This document shows positions 1 to 9,899 of a stretch of 64,000 bases of DNA, in pieces. The notes below the pieces were generated by a model that saw only the letters and a program-made list of their open reading frames with translations, made no database searches and was not told where the DNA came from. A program made the position numbers and the translations under genes. Source of the DNA: Spirochaetia bacterium (GTDB taxonomy: Bacteria > Spirochaetota > Spirochaetia > SZUA-6 > Bin103); NCBI GenBank assembly GCA_965203905.1, contig CBDBDQ010000005.1:2112001-2176000 (forward strand). The letters are read 5' to 3'. Position 1 is the stretch's first letter, and each line of letters starts with the position of its first letter.

Positions 1-1217
1 TTCCAGCGCGACCCCGCCTCGTCGATCACGTCGATCGCCTTGTCGGGCAGGCGCCGGTCGTGGATGTGGACCGCCGCCAGCTCGGCGGCGTCGCGCAGTG
101 CGCGTTCGCTGTAGCGCACTTCGTGGAACGCCTCGTAGCGCTCCCGGAGACCGCGCAGTATCAATACGGTGTCATCCACCGACGGCTCCGCCACCACGAT
201 CTTCTGGAAGCGCCGCGACAGGGCGTGATCCTTCTCGAAGTGGCGCCGGAACTCCTCGTAGGTGGTGGCCCCGATGCAGCGCAGCTCGCCGCTGCCGAGC
301 ACCGGCTTGAGCAGGTTGGAGGCGTCCATGGTGCCTCCCGAGGTGGCGCCGGCGCCGACCACGGTGTGGATCTCGTCGATGAACAGTATCGCGTCGCGGC
401 GTTCGCGCAGGGCGCCGAGCACGCCCTTGATGCGCTCCTCGAAGTCGCCGCGGAACCGGGTGCCGGCCAGCAGCGCACCCAGATCGAGGGCGATGATGCG
501 CATCTCGCGGAACATCGCCGGCACCTCGCCGGCGGCCATGCGGCACGCGATCCCTTCGACAATCGCGGTCTTGCCGACCCCGGCATCGCCCACCAGCACC
601 GGGCTGTTCTTGTGCCGGCGTCCCAGGATCTGCAGGGCGCGGTCGACTTCCGTGCCGCGGCCGATCAGTGGATCGAAGGCCCCTTCGGCGGCGCGCGCCG
701 TCAGATCGGTGGTGAACCGTTCCAGCATCTGCGCCCGTGAGCCCTTGCGGGTTTCCTCGCGCGGCTTTGCCGCCGTGGAGCCGGCGGGGGCCACTTCGCC
801 GTGGGAGATCACCTCCAGCACGTCGACGCGGGAAACACCCTGCTCCTGGAGGAAGTAGGCGGCGTGGGAGTCGGCTTCCAGCAGCAGCGCGGCGAGCAGG
901 TCGCCGGCATGCACCTGCTCCCGCTCCGCGCTGCGCGCCTGGTGGATCACGCGCTGCAGCAGGCGCCGAACGGTGCGCGTCATCTCCAGCTCATAGGGAC
1001 TCTCTCCCGGTACCGTCTGCAGCCGGTCGCGGAAGAAGGTCTCCAACCGGGTGCGCAGTTCGCGCGTCTCGCCACCGCAGGCACCGATGATCGCAGCCCC
1101 GTCGTCGTTGTGCAGCAGGGCGTACAACAGGTGTTCCAGGGTGACGAACTCGTGGCGCCGGACTTCCGCCTCCCGGAACGCCGCGGCCAGGGACAGCTCC
1201 ACGTCACGACTCAACAT
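1..1217 (-). CDS. clpA: ATP-dependent Clp protease ATP-binding subunit ClpA (5' part; runs off window)
   Basis: Manual minus-strand translation: MLSRDVELSLAAAFREAEVRRHEFVTLEHLL (Clp_N), Walker A GDAGVGKT, and LFIDEIHTVVGAG. Lies directly downstream of clpS. Confidence 0.93.
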   Translation of the reverse strand, partial: MLSRDVELSLAAAFREAEVRRHEFVTLEHLLYALLHNDDGAAIIGACGGETRELRTRLETFFRDRLQTVPGESPYELEMTRTVRRLLQRVIHQARSAEREQVHAGDLLAALLLEADSHAAYFLQEQGVSRVDVLEVISHGEVAPAGSTAAKPREETRKGSRAQMLERFTTDLTARAAEGAFDPLIGRGTEVDRALQILGRRHKNSPVLVGDAGVGKTAIVEGIACRMAAGEVPAMFREMRIIALDLGALLAGTRFRGDFEERIKGVLGALRERRDAILFIDEIHTVVGAGATSGGTMDASNLLKPVLGSGELRCIGATTYEEFRRHFEKDHALSRRFQKIVVAEPSVDDTVLILRGLRERYEAFHEVRYSERALRDAAELAAVHIHDRRLPDKAIDVIDEAGSRW

Positions 1218-1220
1218 CGC

Positions 1221-1547
1221 TCAGGCCTCTTGTAGTGAGCAGCGTAGCGGGAATTCATGCTCGCGCGCCAGCCGATGTACGTGCTCGATCTTCATCTCCG
1301 CCGTCTCGCGCGTGTACACCCCGCAACGACCCGCGCCGTGGCGATGAATCGCGAGCATGATCTGCGTCGCCTCGGAGGGCGACTTGTGGAACACCCCTTC
1401 GAGCACGCTCACCACGAAGTCCATGGTGGTGTAGTGGTCGTTGTGCATGATCACCTCGAACAGCGGCGGCTCGCGCACCTCCACCCCGGTGCTCGGGTCG
1501 TCGAATACCTCCGGAGACCAGGGAGCAGTGTGTTCCGCGTCGCTCAT
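1221..1547 (-). CDS. clpS: Clp protease adaptor ClpS
   Basis: C-terminal part of ORF 1221..2402: PPLFEVIMHNDHYTTMDFVVSVL...HEFPLRCSLQEA. ATG at 1547 overlaps the upstream stop (ATGA). Confidence 0.95.
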   Translation of the reverse strand: MSDAEHTAPWSPEVFDDPSTGVEVREPPLFEVIMHNDHYTTMDFVVSVLEGVFHKSPSEATQIMLAIHRHGAGRCGVYTRETAEMKIEHVHRLAREHEFPLRCSLQEA

Positions 1548-2656
1548 GGGGCAGGGTCGAATTCCGCGAACAGCGGGAGCTGGGCGGCGTCGGTCCGGGG
1601 ACGGCGAAACAGGTCGGTGCGCAGGCGCAGGCGTTCGGCAGTGACCCCGTGGCGGCGGCAGGCGCCGGCGAAGAGCTGCTCGATCAGCTTCGCGAACGGC
1701 CCCTGGCCGCGCATGCGGCTGCCGAACGCGGCCTCGTTGAGCGCCCCGCCGCGCAGGTTTCGCACCCGCTCCAGCACCTTGCGCGCCTGGTTGGGCCGGT
1801 GTTCCTGCAGCCAGGCGCTGAACAGCGGCGCCACCGCCAGCGGCAGCCGCAGGGTGACGTAGCCGGCATGGGTGGCGCCGGCCCGGCTCGCAGCCGCGAT
1901 GACATCGGGAATCTCGTGATCGGTGAGCCCGGGGATGACGGGCGCCACCAGGACGATCACCGGAACGCCGGCCTGCGTGAGCCGCGCTACGGCGTCCAGG
2001 CGCCGCTGCGGTTGACTGGTGCGCGGCTCCAGCACGCGGCTCAGCGCGGCGTCGATGGTGGGCAACGACACGCATACCGCCGCCAGCCCCTGGCGTGCCA
2101 GCTCCCCCAGCAGGTCGACGTCGCGCGTCACCAGGTAGTTCTTGGTGATCACGTGCACCGGGTTGCGCGCCTCGCACAACACCTCCAGGCAGCCGCGGGT
2201 GAGGCGCAGGCGGCGCTCGACCGGCTGGTAGGGATCGGTCACCCCGCTCAGTCCGAGTGCCTGCGGACGCCAGCCGGGCCGCGCCAGCTCCCGGCGCAGC
2301 AGTTCGGGAGCGTGCTCCTTGACCAGGATCCGGGTCTCGAAGTCCAGTCCCGCGGACAGGCCCAGGTACTCGTGGGTGGGCCGCGCGAAGCAGTAGGCAC
2401 AACCGTGCTCGCAGCCGCGGTAGGGGTTGATGGAGGCGTCGAAGTTCACGTCGGGGCTGTCGTTGTAGGTGATGATGCTGCGCGAGCGGTCGCGCAGCAG
2501 CTCGGTGCGCGGGCGCTCCGGCGCCTCGCCGGCATCCGCCTGCGCCTGCAGCGCCTCCGGATCGGGCACGTAGTCGATGCCGTCGAAGCGGTTGCCGGGA
2601 TTGGCTACCGCGCCACGCCCCCGCACCACGCGCCGGCTCAATGCGTCCCTCCGCAC
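1544..2656 (-). CDS. PA0069/SplB-like radical SAM protein
   Basis: SINPYRGCEHGCAYCFARPTH (CxxxCxxC) and GVTDPYQPVE motifs. Confidence 0.9.
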   Translation of the reverse strand: MRRDALSRRVVRGRGAVANPGNRFDGIDYVPDPEALQAQADAGEAPERPRTELLRDRSRSIITYNDSPDVNFDASINPYRGCEHGCAYCFARPTHEYLGLSAGLDFETRILVKEHAPELLRRELARPGWRPQALGLSGVTDPYQPVERRLRLTRGCLEVLCEARNPVHVITKNYLVTRDVDLLGELARQGLAAVCVSLPTIDAALSRVLEPRTSQPQRRLDAVARLTQAGVPVIVLVAPVIPGLTDHEIPDVIAAASRAGATHAGYVTLRLPLAVAPLFSAWLQEHRPNQARKVLERVRNLRGGALNEAAFGSRMRGQGPFAKLIEQLFAGACRRHGVTAERLRLRTDLFRRPRTDAAQLPLFAEFDPAP

Positions 2657-3282
2657 GCGCGGCCTGCGCCGGTCGCCAACGCGGCGGCCGCTTGCTCTAC
2701 GGCGCGCCAGTAGGTGTCATGCTCGACCGCAAGCACGCGCCGCGCCAGGGTTTCGGGCGAGTCGTCGGCGTGCACCGCGACCTCGCGCTGCAGCAGGATC
2801 GATCCGGCGTCGTACTCCTCGGTGACCCAATGCACCGTGACCCCGGTCTCGCGCTCGCCCGCCGCCAGCACCGCGCGGTGGGGTGCCAGGCCGTACATGC
2901 CGGCACCGCCGTGGCGCGGCAGCAGCGCCGGGTGGATGTTCAGAATCCGGCCCCGCCAACACCGTACCAGCTCCGCCGGCAGGCGCTTCAGATAGCCGGC
3001 CAGCACGATCAACTCGACGCCGTGGCCGCGGAGGATCTCCCGCAGGCGGGCGGAGAGCATCTGCGGCCGGGGATGGGTGCGGCTCGACACGTGGTAGCAC
3101 GGGAGCCCGCGGCCGCGCGCCAGCGCCATCACTCCTGCGCCGCTGTTGTTGCCGATCAGGCAGCGGTAGTCGGGCCGTACCGTGCCGGTGTAGCGGTGAT
3201 CCAGCAAGGCGGCGACGTTGCTGCCGGAGCCGGACGCGAACAGTGCCACCGGCAGCGTGGAGACACCGCGTCGCCCGTCCAC
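2638..3282 (-). CDS. purN: phosphoribosylglycinamide formyltransferase
   Basis: FASGSGSN, LAGYLK, NIHPALLP, GVTVHWV..YDAG motifs. Start codon is uncertain (GTG 3282). Confidence 0.9.
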   Translation of the reverse strand: MDGRRGVSTLPVALFASGSGSNVAALLDHRYTGTVRPDYRCLIGNNSGAGVMALARGRGLPCYHVSSRTHPRPQMLSARLREILRGHGVELIVLAGYLKRLPAELVRCWRGRILNIHPALLPRHGGAGMYGLAPHRAVLAAGERETGVTVHWVTEEYDAGSILLQREVAVHADDSPETLARRVLAVEHDTYWRAVEQAAAALATGAGRACGGTH

Positions 3283-3295
3283 CGTCGCGCTCCGC

Positions 3296-6001
3296 TCAGG
3301 TGCGGGCGGCGAACTCGGCGGCCCGTACCTGGAACTGTCCGGCGGCCAGGGACTCATCTTCCACCAGCTCGAAGCCCTCGGCCCGCACCGCGCTGATCAC
3401 GTCGCCCGCCACCGCCTCCGCGACGCGGACTGTGCTCGGATGGGCGGCGAGCCGGATCGAGTCGACCGCCCGCGCCACCGACACGGCGGCCTGCGTCTTG
3501 TGCCGGTGGATCGCCGCCAGGCACGCCTTGGCGACGGCAAAACTGTCGCCGTCGGCGGGCTCCCCGAGGGGGCCGAATTCGGCGGCCGCGGGCCACGCGG
3601 CACGATGCACCGAGCAGGCGGCGGGAAGCGGGCCGGCCCCGTCGCTGCCGTCCTGTTGCGCCACTATGCGCGGCGCGTAGTCCCACGACCACACCTCCTC
3701 GGTGATGTACGGCAGCACCGGCGCGAACAGGCGCACCAGCACGCGCAAGGCGAAGTCCAGGGCGGCCACGGCCGAAGCGCGCGCCGCTGCGCTCACGTCG
3801 CCGCTGCCCTTGGCCCGATTCTTGGCCAGCTCGATGTAGGAGTCGGTGAAGTTGTCCCAGAAGAACTCCTCGGTGTGGGCCAGGGCGGTGGCGTAGTCGA
3901 AGTCGTCGAACGCCACGCTCGCCCGCTGCACCAGGGCGCGGAGCTGTTGCAGGAAGGCACGGTCCAACTCCTCGCTCACCGCTTCCGCAACGGGGCGCTC
4001 CCCCAGCTCGGCGTGGGCGGCGGCTACGATGGCGGTCACGAACTTGCCCGCGTTGTACAGCTTGGTGACCAGCCGGCGGCCGATCTTGAACACCGACTCG
4101 TCGTAGGCGGTATCCACCCCCAGCCGGGCGCTGGCCGCCCAGTAGCGCGCCGCGTCGGCATGGTGGGTGTCGATGATCTGCTGCGGAGTGACCGTGTTGC
4201 CGCGGCTCTTGGACATCTTCTTGCGGTCCGGGTCGAGGATCCAGCCGGAAATCAGGGCGTGACGCCAGGGGATGGTGTCGAAGTGCAGGTGCGCCTTGGC
4301 GATGGTGTAGAACGCCCAGGTGCGGATGATGTCGTGCGCCTGGGGCCGGATGTCCATTGGCGACAGCCGTTCGTGGCGCTCCGGATCGAGGATCCAGCCG
4401 CTGCCGATCTGCGGGGTCAGGGAGCTGGTGAACCAGGTGTCGAACACGTCCGCCTCGGCGGTGAATCCATTTGGCCGGTCGCGTTGCCCGGGCTCGTAAC
4501 CGGGCGGCGTGTCGCTCAGCGGGTCCACCGGCAGCGCCTCCAGTGGCGCCAGCAACGGCCGCTCGTAATTCGGCGTACCACGCTCGTCGAGGGCGTACCA
4601 CACCGGAAACGGTACGCCAAAAAAACGCTGGCGGCTGATGCACCAGTCGAACTGCAGGTTCTCGGTCCAGTTGACGTAGCGGCTCAGCATGTAGCCGGGG
4701 TGCCACTGGATCTCGCGGCCGCGCTCGATCAGCTCCCGGCGCTTGTCGGTGAGGCGCACGAACCACTGCCGGGTGGTGATGAACTCCAGCGGCCGGTCGC
4801 CCTGCTCGTAGTAGCGCACGGTGTGCTCGATGGGGCGCGGCTCGCCGCGCAGGGGCGGCCGGTCGCCGGCGGCGGCGGCGCCCGCGTCGCGGAGCTGGGA
4901 AACGATGGCGGCGCGCGCCTGGCGCAGGTTCTTGCCGGCCAGCTCGGAGTAGTAGCGGTTGGCTGCGTCGGGGTCGGCGCTGTCCCACACGCCGCTGCCG
5001 AAGGTGACCGGCTGCAGGCGACCGTCGCGGCCGACGACCTGGCGCAGCGGGAGCCCCTGCTCCTGCCACCACTGCACGTCGGTGGTGTCGCCGAAGGTGC
5101 ATACCATCAGGATGCCGGTGCCCTTCTCGGGGTCCGCCAGCTCGGTGGCGAAGATCGGCACGCGGGCGCGAAACAGCGGGGTGACGGCGCGTTGCCCGAA
5201 CAGATCCCGGTAGCGGGCGTCGTCGGGGTGGGCGGCGACGCCGACGCAGGCGGCGAGCAGCTCCGGGCGGGTGGTGGAGATCACCAGTTCCCGTCCGCTG
5301 CCCTCCGCGGCGAAGGCGATGTCGTGGTAGTGGCCGGCGGTGGGCCGGTCCTGCACCTCGGCCTGGGCCACGGCGGTACGGAAGTCGACGTCCCACATGG
5401 TGGGCGCCTCGGCCGAGTACAGGTGGCCCTTGCGGTATAGGTCCAGGAAGCTGTACTGGGCCAGGTGGCGGCTGGCGTCGTTGATGGTGGCGTACTCTTC
5501 GTTCCAGTCCACCGACAGGCCGATGGTCTGCCACACGCCCATGAACGCACGCTCATCCTCCCGCGTGACCAGCGCGCACAACTCGATGAAGTTGCGCCGC
5601 GACACCGGCCGCGGCGGTGACTTGAACGCCTTGCCGGTAGCCATCGACAGCTCCAGGCCGGGCTCGTAGGGGTGGCTCGGGTCGCAGCGCACGTGGAAGT
5701 AGTTCTGCACCCGGCGCTCGGTGGGCAGCCCGTTGTCGTCCCAACCCATGGGGTAGAACACGTGCTTGCCGAGCATGCGCTGGTAGCGGGTGACGACATC
5801 GGCCTGGGTGTAGCTGAACACGTGGCCGACGTGCAGCGAGCCGGACACGGTGGGCGGCGGCGTGTCCACCACGAACGCCTGGTCGCGGCGGTGGTTCGGA
5901 TCGTAGCGGTACACGCCGGCGGCCTCCCACCAGCGGCGGAAGTGCTGCTCCCGGCTCGCGGCGTCGTAGTGGCGGGGTAGCTTGCTGGGGTCGAAGGACA
6001 T
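3296..6001 (-). CDS. valS: valine--tRNA ligase (short form lacking the C-terminal coiled coil)
   Basis: DTPPPTVSGSLHVGH (HIGH motif), DWCISRQR, KMSKS. Confidence 0.95.
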   Translation of the reverse strand: MSFDPSKLPRHYDAASREQHFRRWWEAAGVYRYDPNHRRDQAFVVDTPPPTVSGSLHVGHVFSYTQADVVTRYQRMLGKHVFYPMGWDDNGLPTERRVQNYFHVRCDPSHPYEPGLELSMATGKAFKSPPRPVSRRNFIELCALVTREDERAFMGVWQTIGLSVDWNEEYATINDASRHLAQYSFLDLYRKGHLYSAEAPTMWDVDFRTAVAQAEVQDRPTAGHYHDIAFAAEGSGRELVISTTRPELLAACVGVAAHPDDARYRDLFGQRAVTPLFRARVPIFATELADPEKGTGILMVCTFGDTTDVQWWQEQGLPLRQVVGRDGRLQPVTFGSGVWDSADPDAANRYYSELAGKNLRQARAAIVSQLRDAGAAAAGDRPPLRGEPRPIEHTVRYYEQGDRPLEFITTRQWFVRLTDKRRELIERGREIQWHPGYMLSRYVNWTENLQFDWCISRQRFFGVPFPVWYALDERGTPNYERPLLAPLEALPVDPLSDTPPGYEPGQRDRPNGFTAEADVFDTWFTSSLTPQIGSGWILDPERHERLSPMDIRPQAHDIIRTWAFYTIAKAHLHFDTIPWRHALISGWILDPDRKKMSKSRGNTVTPQQIIDTHHADAARYWAASARLGVDTAYDESVFKIGRRLVTKLYNAGKFVTAIVAAAHAELGERPVAEAVSEELDRAFLQQLRALVQRASVAFDDFDYATALAHTEEFFWDNFTDSYIELAKNRAKGSGDVSAAARASAVAALDFALRVLVRLFAPVLPYITEEVWSWDYAPRIVAQQDGSDGAGPLPAACSVHRAAWPAAAEFGPLGEPADGDSFAVAKACLAAIHRHKTQAAVSVARAVDSIRLAAHPSTVRVAEAVAGDVISAVRAEGFELVEDESLAAGQFQVRAAEFAART

Positions 6002-6162
6002 GATGGCTATCAAGATACCACCACAGGTGGCGTCTCACGGTCGCGGAAAAGCGCGACCCTTGTCAATTCCCGCAGCGCGGCAGCGAGTCACGGGAGCAAG
6101 GGCTGGCTACCACTGATCGGTTGGCCACCGTATCATGGCGCGTGATACAGGTTGCTGCGCCG

Positions 6163-6916
6163 GTGAACGAGGCTCCACCATACCGGATCACCCCGGAAAT
6201 AGTGTCCCTGATCGAACGGATCGGCGAGGGAATCGGGCGCGCCGAGGCTGCCGGCGTCGCTCAGGACCTCCGGCTGCGGCGCATCAACCGCATCCGAACG
6301 ATCCAGGGCTCACTGGCGATCGAGGGAAACACGCTGAGCGAACGGCAGGTGGCCACCCTGCTCGACGGCAAGCCGGTCGTGGCCCCGTTGCGGGAGATCC
6401 AGGAGGCGCGCGACGCCATCAAGGCATACGACCGGTACGAAGGATGGGCGCCGGACAGTCGGAGCGACCTGCTGAGTGCGCACCATGTTCTGATGGCCGG
6501 TCTGCTGGATGCGTCCGGGCCGCTACCGCCGTGGCGAGGTGATGGTCGGGGGAGCTGAAGGGGTGCAGCACATCGGCCCTCCAGCCGCCCGTGTACCGGA
6601 GTTGATGGCCAACCTGCTGCAATGGGTTGGCAGCACCGAGGAGCATCCGCTGATCGCCGGTTCGGTGTTCCACTACGAGTTCGAGTTCATCCATCCGTTC
6701 GAGGATGGGAACGGGCGGATGGGGCGGCTGTGGCAGACGCTGATCCTGACCCGCTGGCGGGACCTGTTCGCCCATCTTCCGGTAGAGAGCATGGTTCATG
6801 CTCATCAGAGCGCGTACTACGACGCCATCCGGCAGAGTTCGGCGGCGGGCGAGAGCACGACCTTCATCGCCTTCATGCTGGAGATGATCCGGCTGGCCGT
6901 AACCGAGCAGACCTGA
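6163..6916 (+). pseudogene. Fic family protein, frameshifted near 6514
   Basis: The N-terminal part (PPYRITPEI...TIQGSLAIEGNTLS) is in ORF 6121..6558 and the C-terminal part with HPFEDGNGRMGR is in ORF 6509..6916. Removing one base (GAT GCG t CCG GGC CGC) fuses them. Confidence 0.85.
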
Positions 6917-6946
6917 ACCGGCTGGGTGAGCGGGATTCCGATAACG

Positions 6947-7149
6947 ATGACCTTTTCCGAGTGATCGAAGCGATCGATCGGTTGTCCCACGATGAACAGG
7001 AAGCTCTCCTGGATATTGTACGGCGCCGCGTGTCCGAGGCACGTCGATCGCGTCTGATCCGGGCGGTCCGGGAAGCTCGACGAGATTATTCCGCGGGCGA
7101 CTTCCGCGTCGCCACTCCCAGTGAACTGGCACGTGATATATCCGAATGA
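6947..7149 (+). CDS. small putative antitoxin upstream of a RelE/YafQ-like toxin
   Basis: VIEAIDRLSHDEQEALLDIVRRRVSEARR...; stop overlaps the toxin ATG (ATGA). ATG 6947 (MTFS..) is out of frame by one base (GAG/GTG); otherwise the start is GTG 6961. Confidence 0.6.
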
Positions 7150-7370
7150 ACCATGTGCTGATCAGCACAAGGAGATTCGAACGAGACGCCAGGAACCTGA
7201 CCACGAGACGTCCACAGGTTCGTGCTGACTTCGAGTTCACCTTGGGCTTGCTGGCGGAGGATGCGTTTCACCCCGGTCTCAAGACCCACAAGCTGAAAGG
7301 AGCGCTCGAAGGATCGTATAAGCCTGCAGCGTCTATTGACAGAACAGACTCTCACCAAGAATCCGGCTAA
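7146..7370 (+). pseudogene. RelE/YafQ-like mRNA interferase toxin, apparently 3'-truncated
   Basis: RRFERDARNL...DAFHPGLKTHKLKGALEG is typical of the family, but the usual C-terminal ..YDLRIVF segment is absent after ~7320. Confidence 0.7.
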
Positions 7371-7388
7371 GCCATCGGTACAGCCGGT

Positions 7389-7445
7389 TCAGATAGTGCC
7401 TGACAGGATCGGATGGAGCGGATGGTCCCACGGGCCGCCGACCGT
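7389..7445 (-). repeat. detached alternative 3' end of the PhyH gene (TVGGPWDHPLHPILSGTI*)
   Basis: Near-identical to 12040-12082, with third-position differences, and encodes the same peptide TVGGPWDHPLHPIL. Confidence 0.85.
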
Positions 7446-7462
7446 CTACGAGGTTCTTCGGA

Positions 7463-8088
7463 TCACCGTCCCGGCCGGTAGTCCCTGGGATCAAGACAAG
7501 CATCGTAGAAGTGCTGGCCCATCGGGAACCAGTCAGTGCGGTCGATCCCTCGTGTCGAGGTCGCGCCCGGCCCGCGCGGAAACGCAGACGCCACCTTCAG
7601 CCATCGGGCGACGCTCCGCGAGATATCGCGGACTTCTCCTGCGACCTCGGACAGATCCTGGTCCTGACTGAACATGATCGCCACATCCAACTCGGCGTTG
7701 CGGGCCATGCGTACAACATCAAGCCCGAGCCACAGGTCGATCCCCTTCTCGCGATCCACGGGGATCTCGTGGACCAAGCCGTCGGGCAGCCGCACACGTT
7801 CCACCCGATAGCGCAGACACCGGATGGTGACGACGATACCGGCCCGTCGCATGGCCGTCAGGCGACGTGTCCAGTAGCCGTGCCACATGGGAGCCCTGTC
7901 CACGGTTGGAGTGCCGGTGTAGAAACGGACACCGTGATTGACCCAGCCTCGATCGGCGCACACGGCGTCGGCGAGCTTGCGCGGATCGTAGTTGGGATGG
8001 TGGTGGCCGAACGCGTCCTTTGCGTGTCGGAAGGTTCTGCCCGTCGATGAACGAAACGGCACGCTTGATTTCGGGGCTCGGCGGGCAT
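7463..8088 (-). pseudogene. NYN (LabA/DUF88, PIN-like) domain ribonuclease with two 5' frameshifts
   Basis: Pieces MPAEP / EIKRAVSFIDGQNL / FRHAKDAF...REKGIDLWLGLD...IMFSQDQDL lie in three frames. The NYN acidic motifs are present. Confidence 0.8.
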
Positions 8089-8092
8089 GTGG

Positions 8093-8138
8093 GAAAAAAA
8101 ACCCCGCCGGGGCCTTCCGGCAAGTCCGACGGGGGCTT
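8093..8138 (-). terminator. structured leader with intrinsic terminator upstream of the NYN gene
   Basis: Minus strand AAGCCCCCGTCGG-ACTT-GCC GGAA GGC-CCCGGCGGGG-T8: a 9-bp stem, an inner GNRA hairpin and a U-tract. Confidence 0.7.
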
Positions 8139-8148
8139 ATTGTCAAGT

Positions 8149-8178
8149 AGTATAGACGCGCCGGAGGCGGGCTGCCAA
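8149..8178 (-). promoter_or_regulatory. sigma70-like promoter for the NYN leader
   Basis: TTGGCA-18 nt-TATACT on the minus strand. Confidence 0.5.
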
Positions 8179-8312
8179 TCTGCTGTGCGTGCGTGGCAGG
8201 ACTATCCCACGCTACGCGACAAGCCGGCTGCAATCGCTACTCCCGTTGCCCTCGACCGACGCCCAACTGCCCAACCGCACAACCGAGCAACTCGCACCCT
8301 GGCGAGCGCCGA

Positions 8313-9899
8313 TCACGTGGCCCCGTCTGGCGGCGACCCGTCCTCCCGATGCCGGAAGCGGTGGTGGGCTCGACAGCGTAGGCGCAAGTTCCCGGGCTCG
8401 GCGCTGCCGCCGAGCGCAAAGGGAACGATGTGGTCGAGCTCCAGCAGGAAGCGGGACCCGCAGCGCCGTCCGCTGTGCGGATCGACGTAACTGCAGCGGC
8501 CACCGTCGCGGCGCCACACCTCGCGCTTCACTGGTGCCGGGATGTAGCGGGATCGACGCGCCCGGTGGGGCGGCTGCGCACTGCCTCCGGACGGGCCGGA
8601 TGCCTCGCGCTGCGGCCGCGAACGGCCATCGAGTTGGGCTGCTCCTGCCCGCAGCGCCGCCCCTGCCCGCTTCGCCGGCGAAGGAGCGTGGCGACCGCGA
8701 TCCGCCGCTCCCGGCGCGGTCGGCATGCTCTGGTCCGCCGGCGGCGTCGGTACGGAGGCGCGGGACCCACGATCTGTCACCGACTTCGCTGCCGAAGTAG
8801 CGGTACCGGTCGCCACCGCTGCTGGCTTGGCACTCACCGGCGTGCTGCTGCCGCAAGTCTCGCACCCCGACGGCGGCGCGGGCGGCGCTGCCACCGCCGA
8901 GGTGCCGGCGTGGCCAATCCCGCGCGCGGGTTCCTCTGCGGACAGCGCTCCCGGCGCCGGGGTGCTGCCACCGGCGATCGTGCCCTCCGGCGGCGGCACT
9001 GCGGGGTGCTCTTGCGCGCCCCGCTTCGCCGGCGAAGTCGTCCCGTCTGCCGGCCCTTCCTGTTCCTTTGGCTCCGGCGCCTGGCCCGCTTTCGCCTCCC
9101 GGCGCCCACCTCTGCGCCCGCGCGGCGGCCGCCCCGGGTCGTAGCGCTGCAGGCCGTCCTGCACCAGCCGCTCCACCAGTTGCCCCAGCGTCAGGTGCGG
9201 GTCCACGTGCGACAGCAGTACCCGTAGCTGCTCGATCCCGCACTGACACGCGGCGTCGATCACTACCTTCAGCTCCCAGCGGCCCTCGCCCAGCGCCCGC
9301 ATGCGATCGGCCGGTGGCGCCAGCTCGGGAGCCACCCCGGCCAACAACTGCTTCACCTCGCGGGTGCTCTTGCCGCTCGCCTGCGCCACCAGCTCCTGCC
9401 GCTGCGCCGCGTCCAGCGCCGGCAGCGGTCGCGCTGGCGCCGCTGCCCCGGGCCCGGAAGCCCCCGCCTCCAGCGTCGTCCCCGTGCCGAGCGGCAGCAG
9501 CTCCGGTGCCGCGGGTGCCGCGCCGTAGTCCGCGGCGGCGGTCGCCGTGCGCTGCAGGAGATCGAAGGTGTTCTGCAACTGCGCCGCCGCGCTCAGGGAG
9601 AGCGAGCCGTCCTGCAGCCGCTCGCGTGACCCGGCGGTCTCGGAGCACAGGCGCATGGCCTTTATGCGACGCCAAGCGGCACCCTCGCTGTAGCCCAGCT
9701 CGCGGACGGCGTAGTCGAACAGGCTGGAGAACCCGAGGCGCAGGTGGAGGTGGCGGGCGTGGATCTCGCGCAGGTGGTCGAGGACGGCGAGCTGCAGCGC
9801 CTGCTCGTGCAGGACGAGGGACTTGGTGTGTGCCAGCAGCACCTGGTCGGGGAGCCCGGAGAGCGCGGAGGCGAAGCCGGAAGCGGTCGCGGCATCCAT
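8313..9899 (-). CDS. HNH endonuclease with DUF222-like N-terminus and low-complexity linker
   Basis: GFSSLFDYAVRELGYSEGAAWRRI at the N-terminus; C-terminal RDGGRCSYVD..RC..LELDHIVPFALGG...NLRLRCRAHH. Confidence 0.85.
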   Translation of the reverse strand: MDAATASGFASALSGLPDQVLLAHTKSLVLHEQALQLAVLDHLREIHARHLHLRLGFSSLFDYAVRELGYSEGAAWRRIKAMRLCSETAGSRERLQDGSLSLSAAAQLQNTFDLLQRTATAAADYGAAPAAPELLPLGTGTTLEAGASGPGAAAPARPLPALDAAQRQELVAQASGKSTREVKQLLAGVAPELAPPADRMRALGEGRWELKVVIDAACQCGIEQLRVLLSHVDPHLTLGQLVERLVQDGLQRYDPGRPPRGRRGGRREAKAGQAPEPKEQEGPADGTTSPAKRGAQEHPAVPPPEGTIAGGSTPAPGALSAEEPARGIGHAGTSAVAAPPAPPSGCETCGSSTPVSAKPAAVATGTATSAAKSVTDRGSRASVPTPPADQSMPTAPGAADRGRHAPSPAKRAGAALRAGAAQLDGRSRPQREASGPSGGSAQPPHRARRSRYIPAPVKREVWRRDGGRCSYVDPHSGRRCGSRFLLELDHIVPFALGGSAEPGNLRLRCRAHHRFRHREDGSPPDGAT

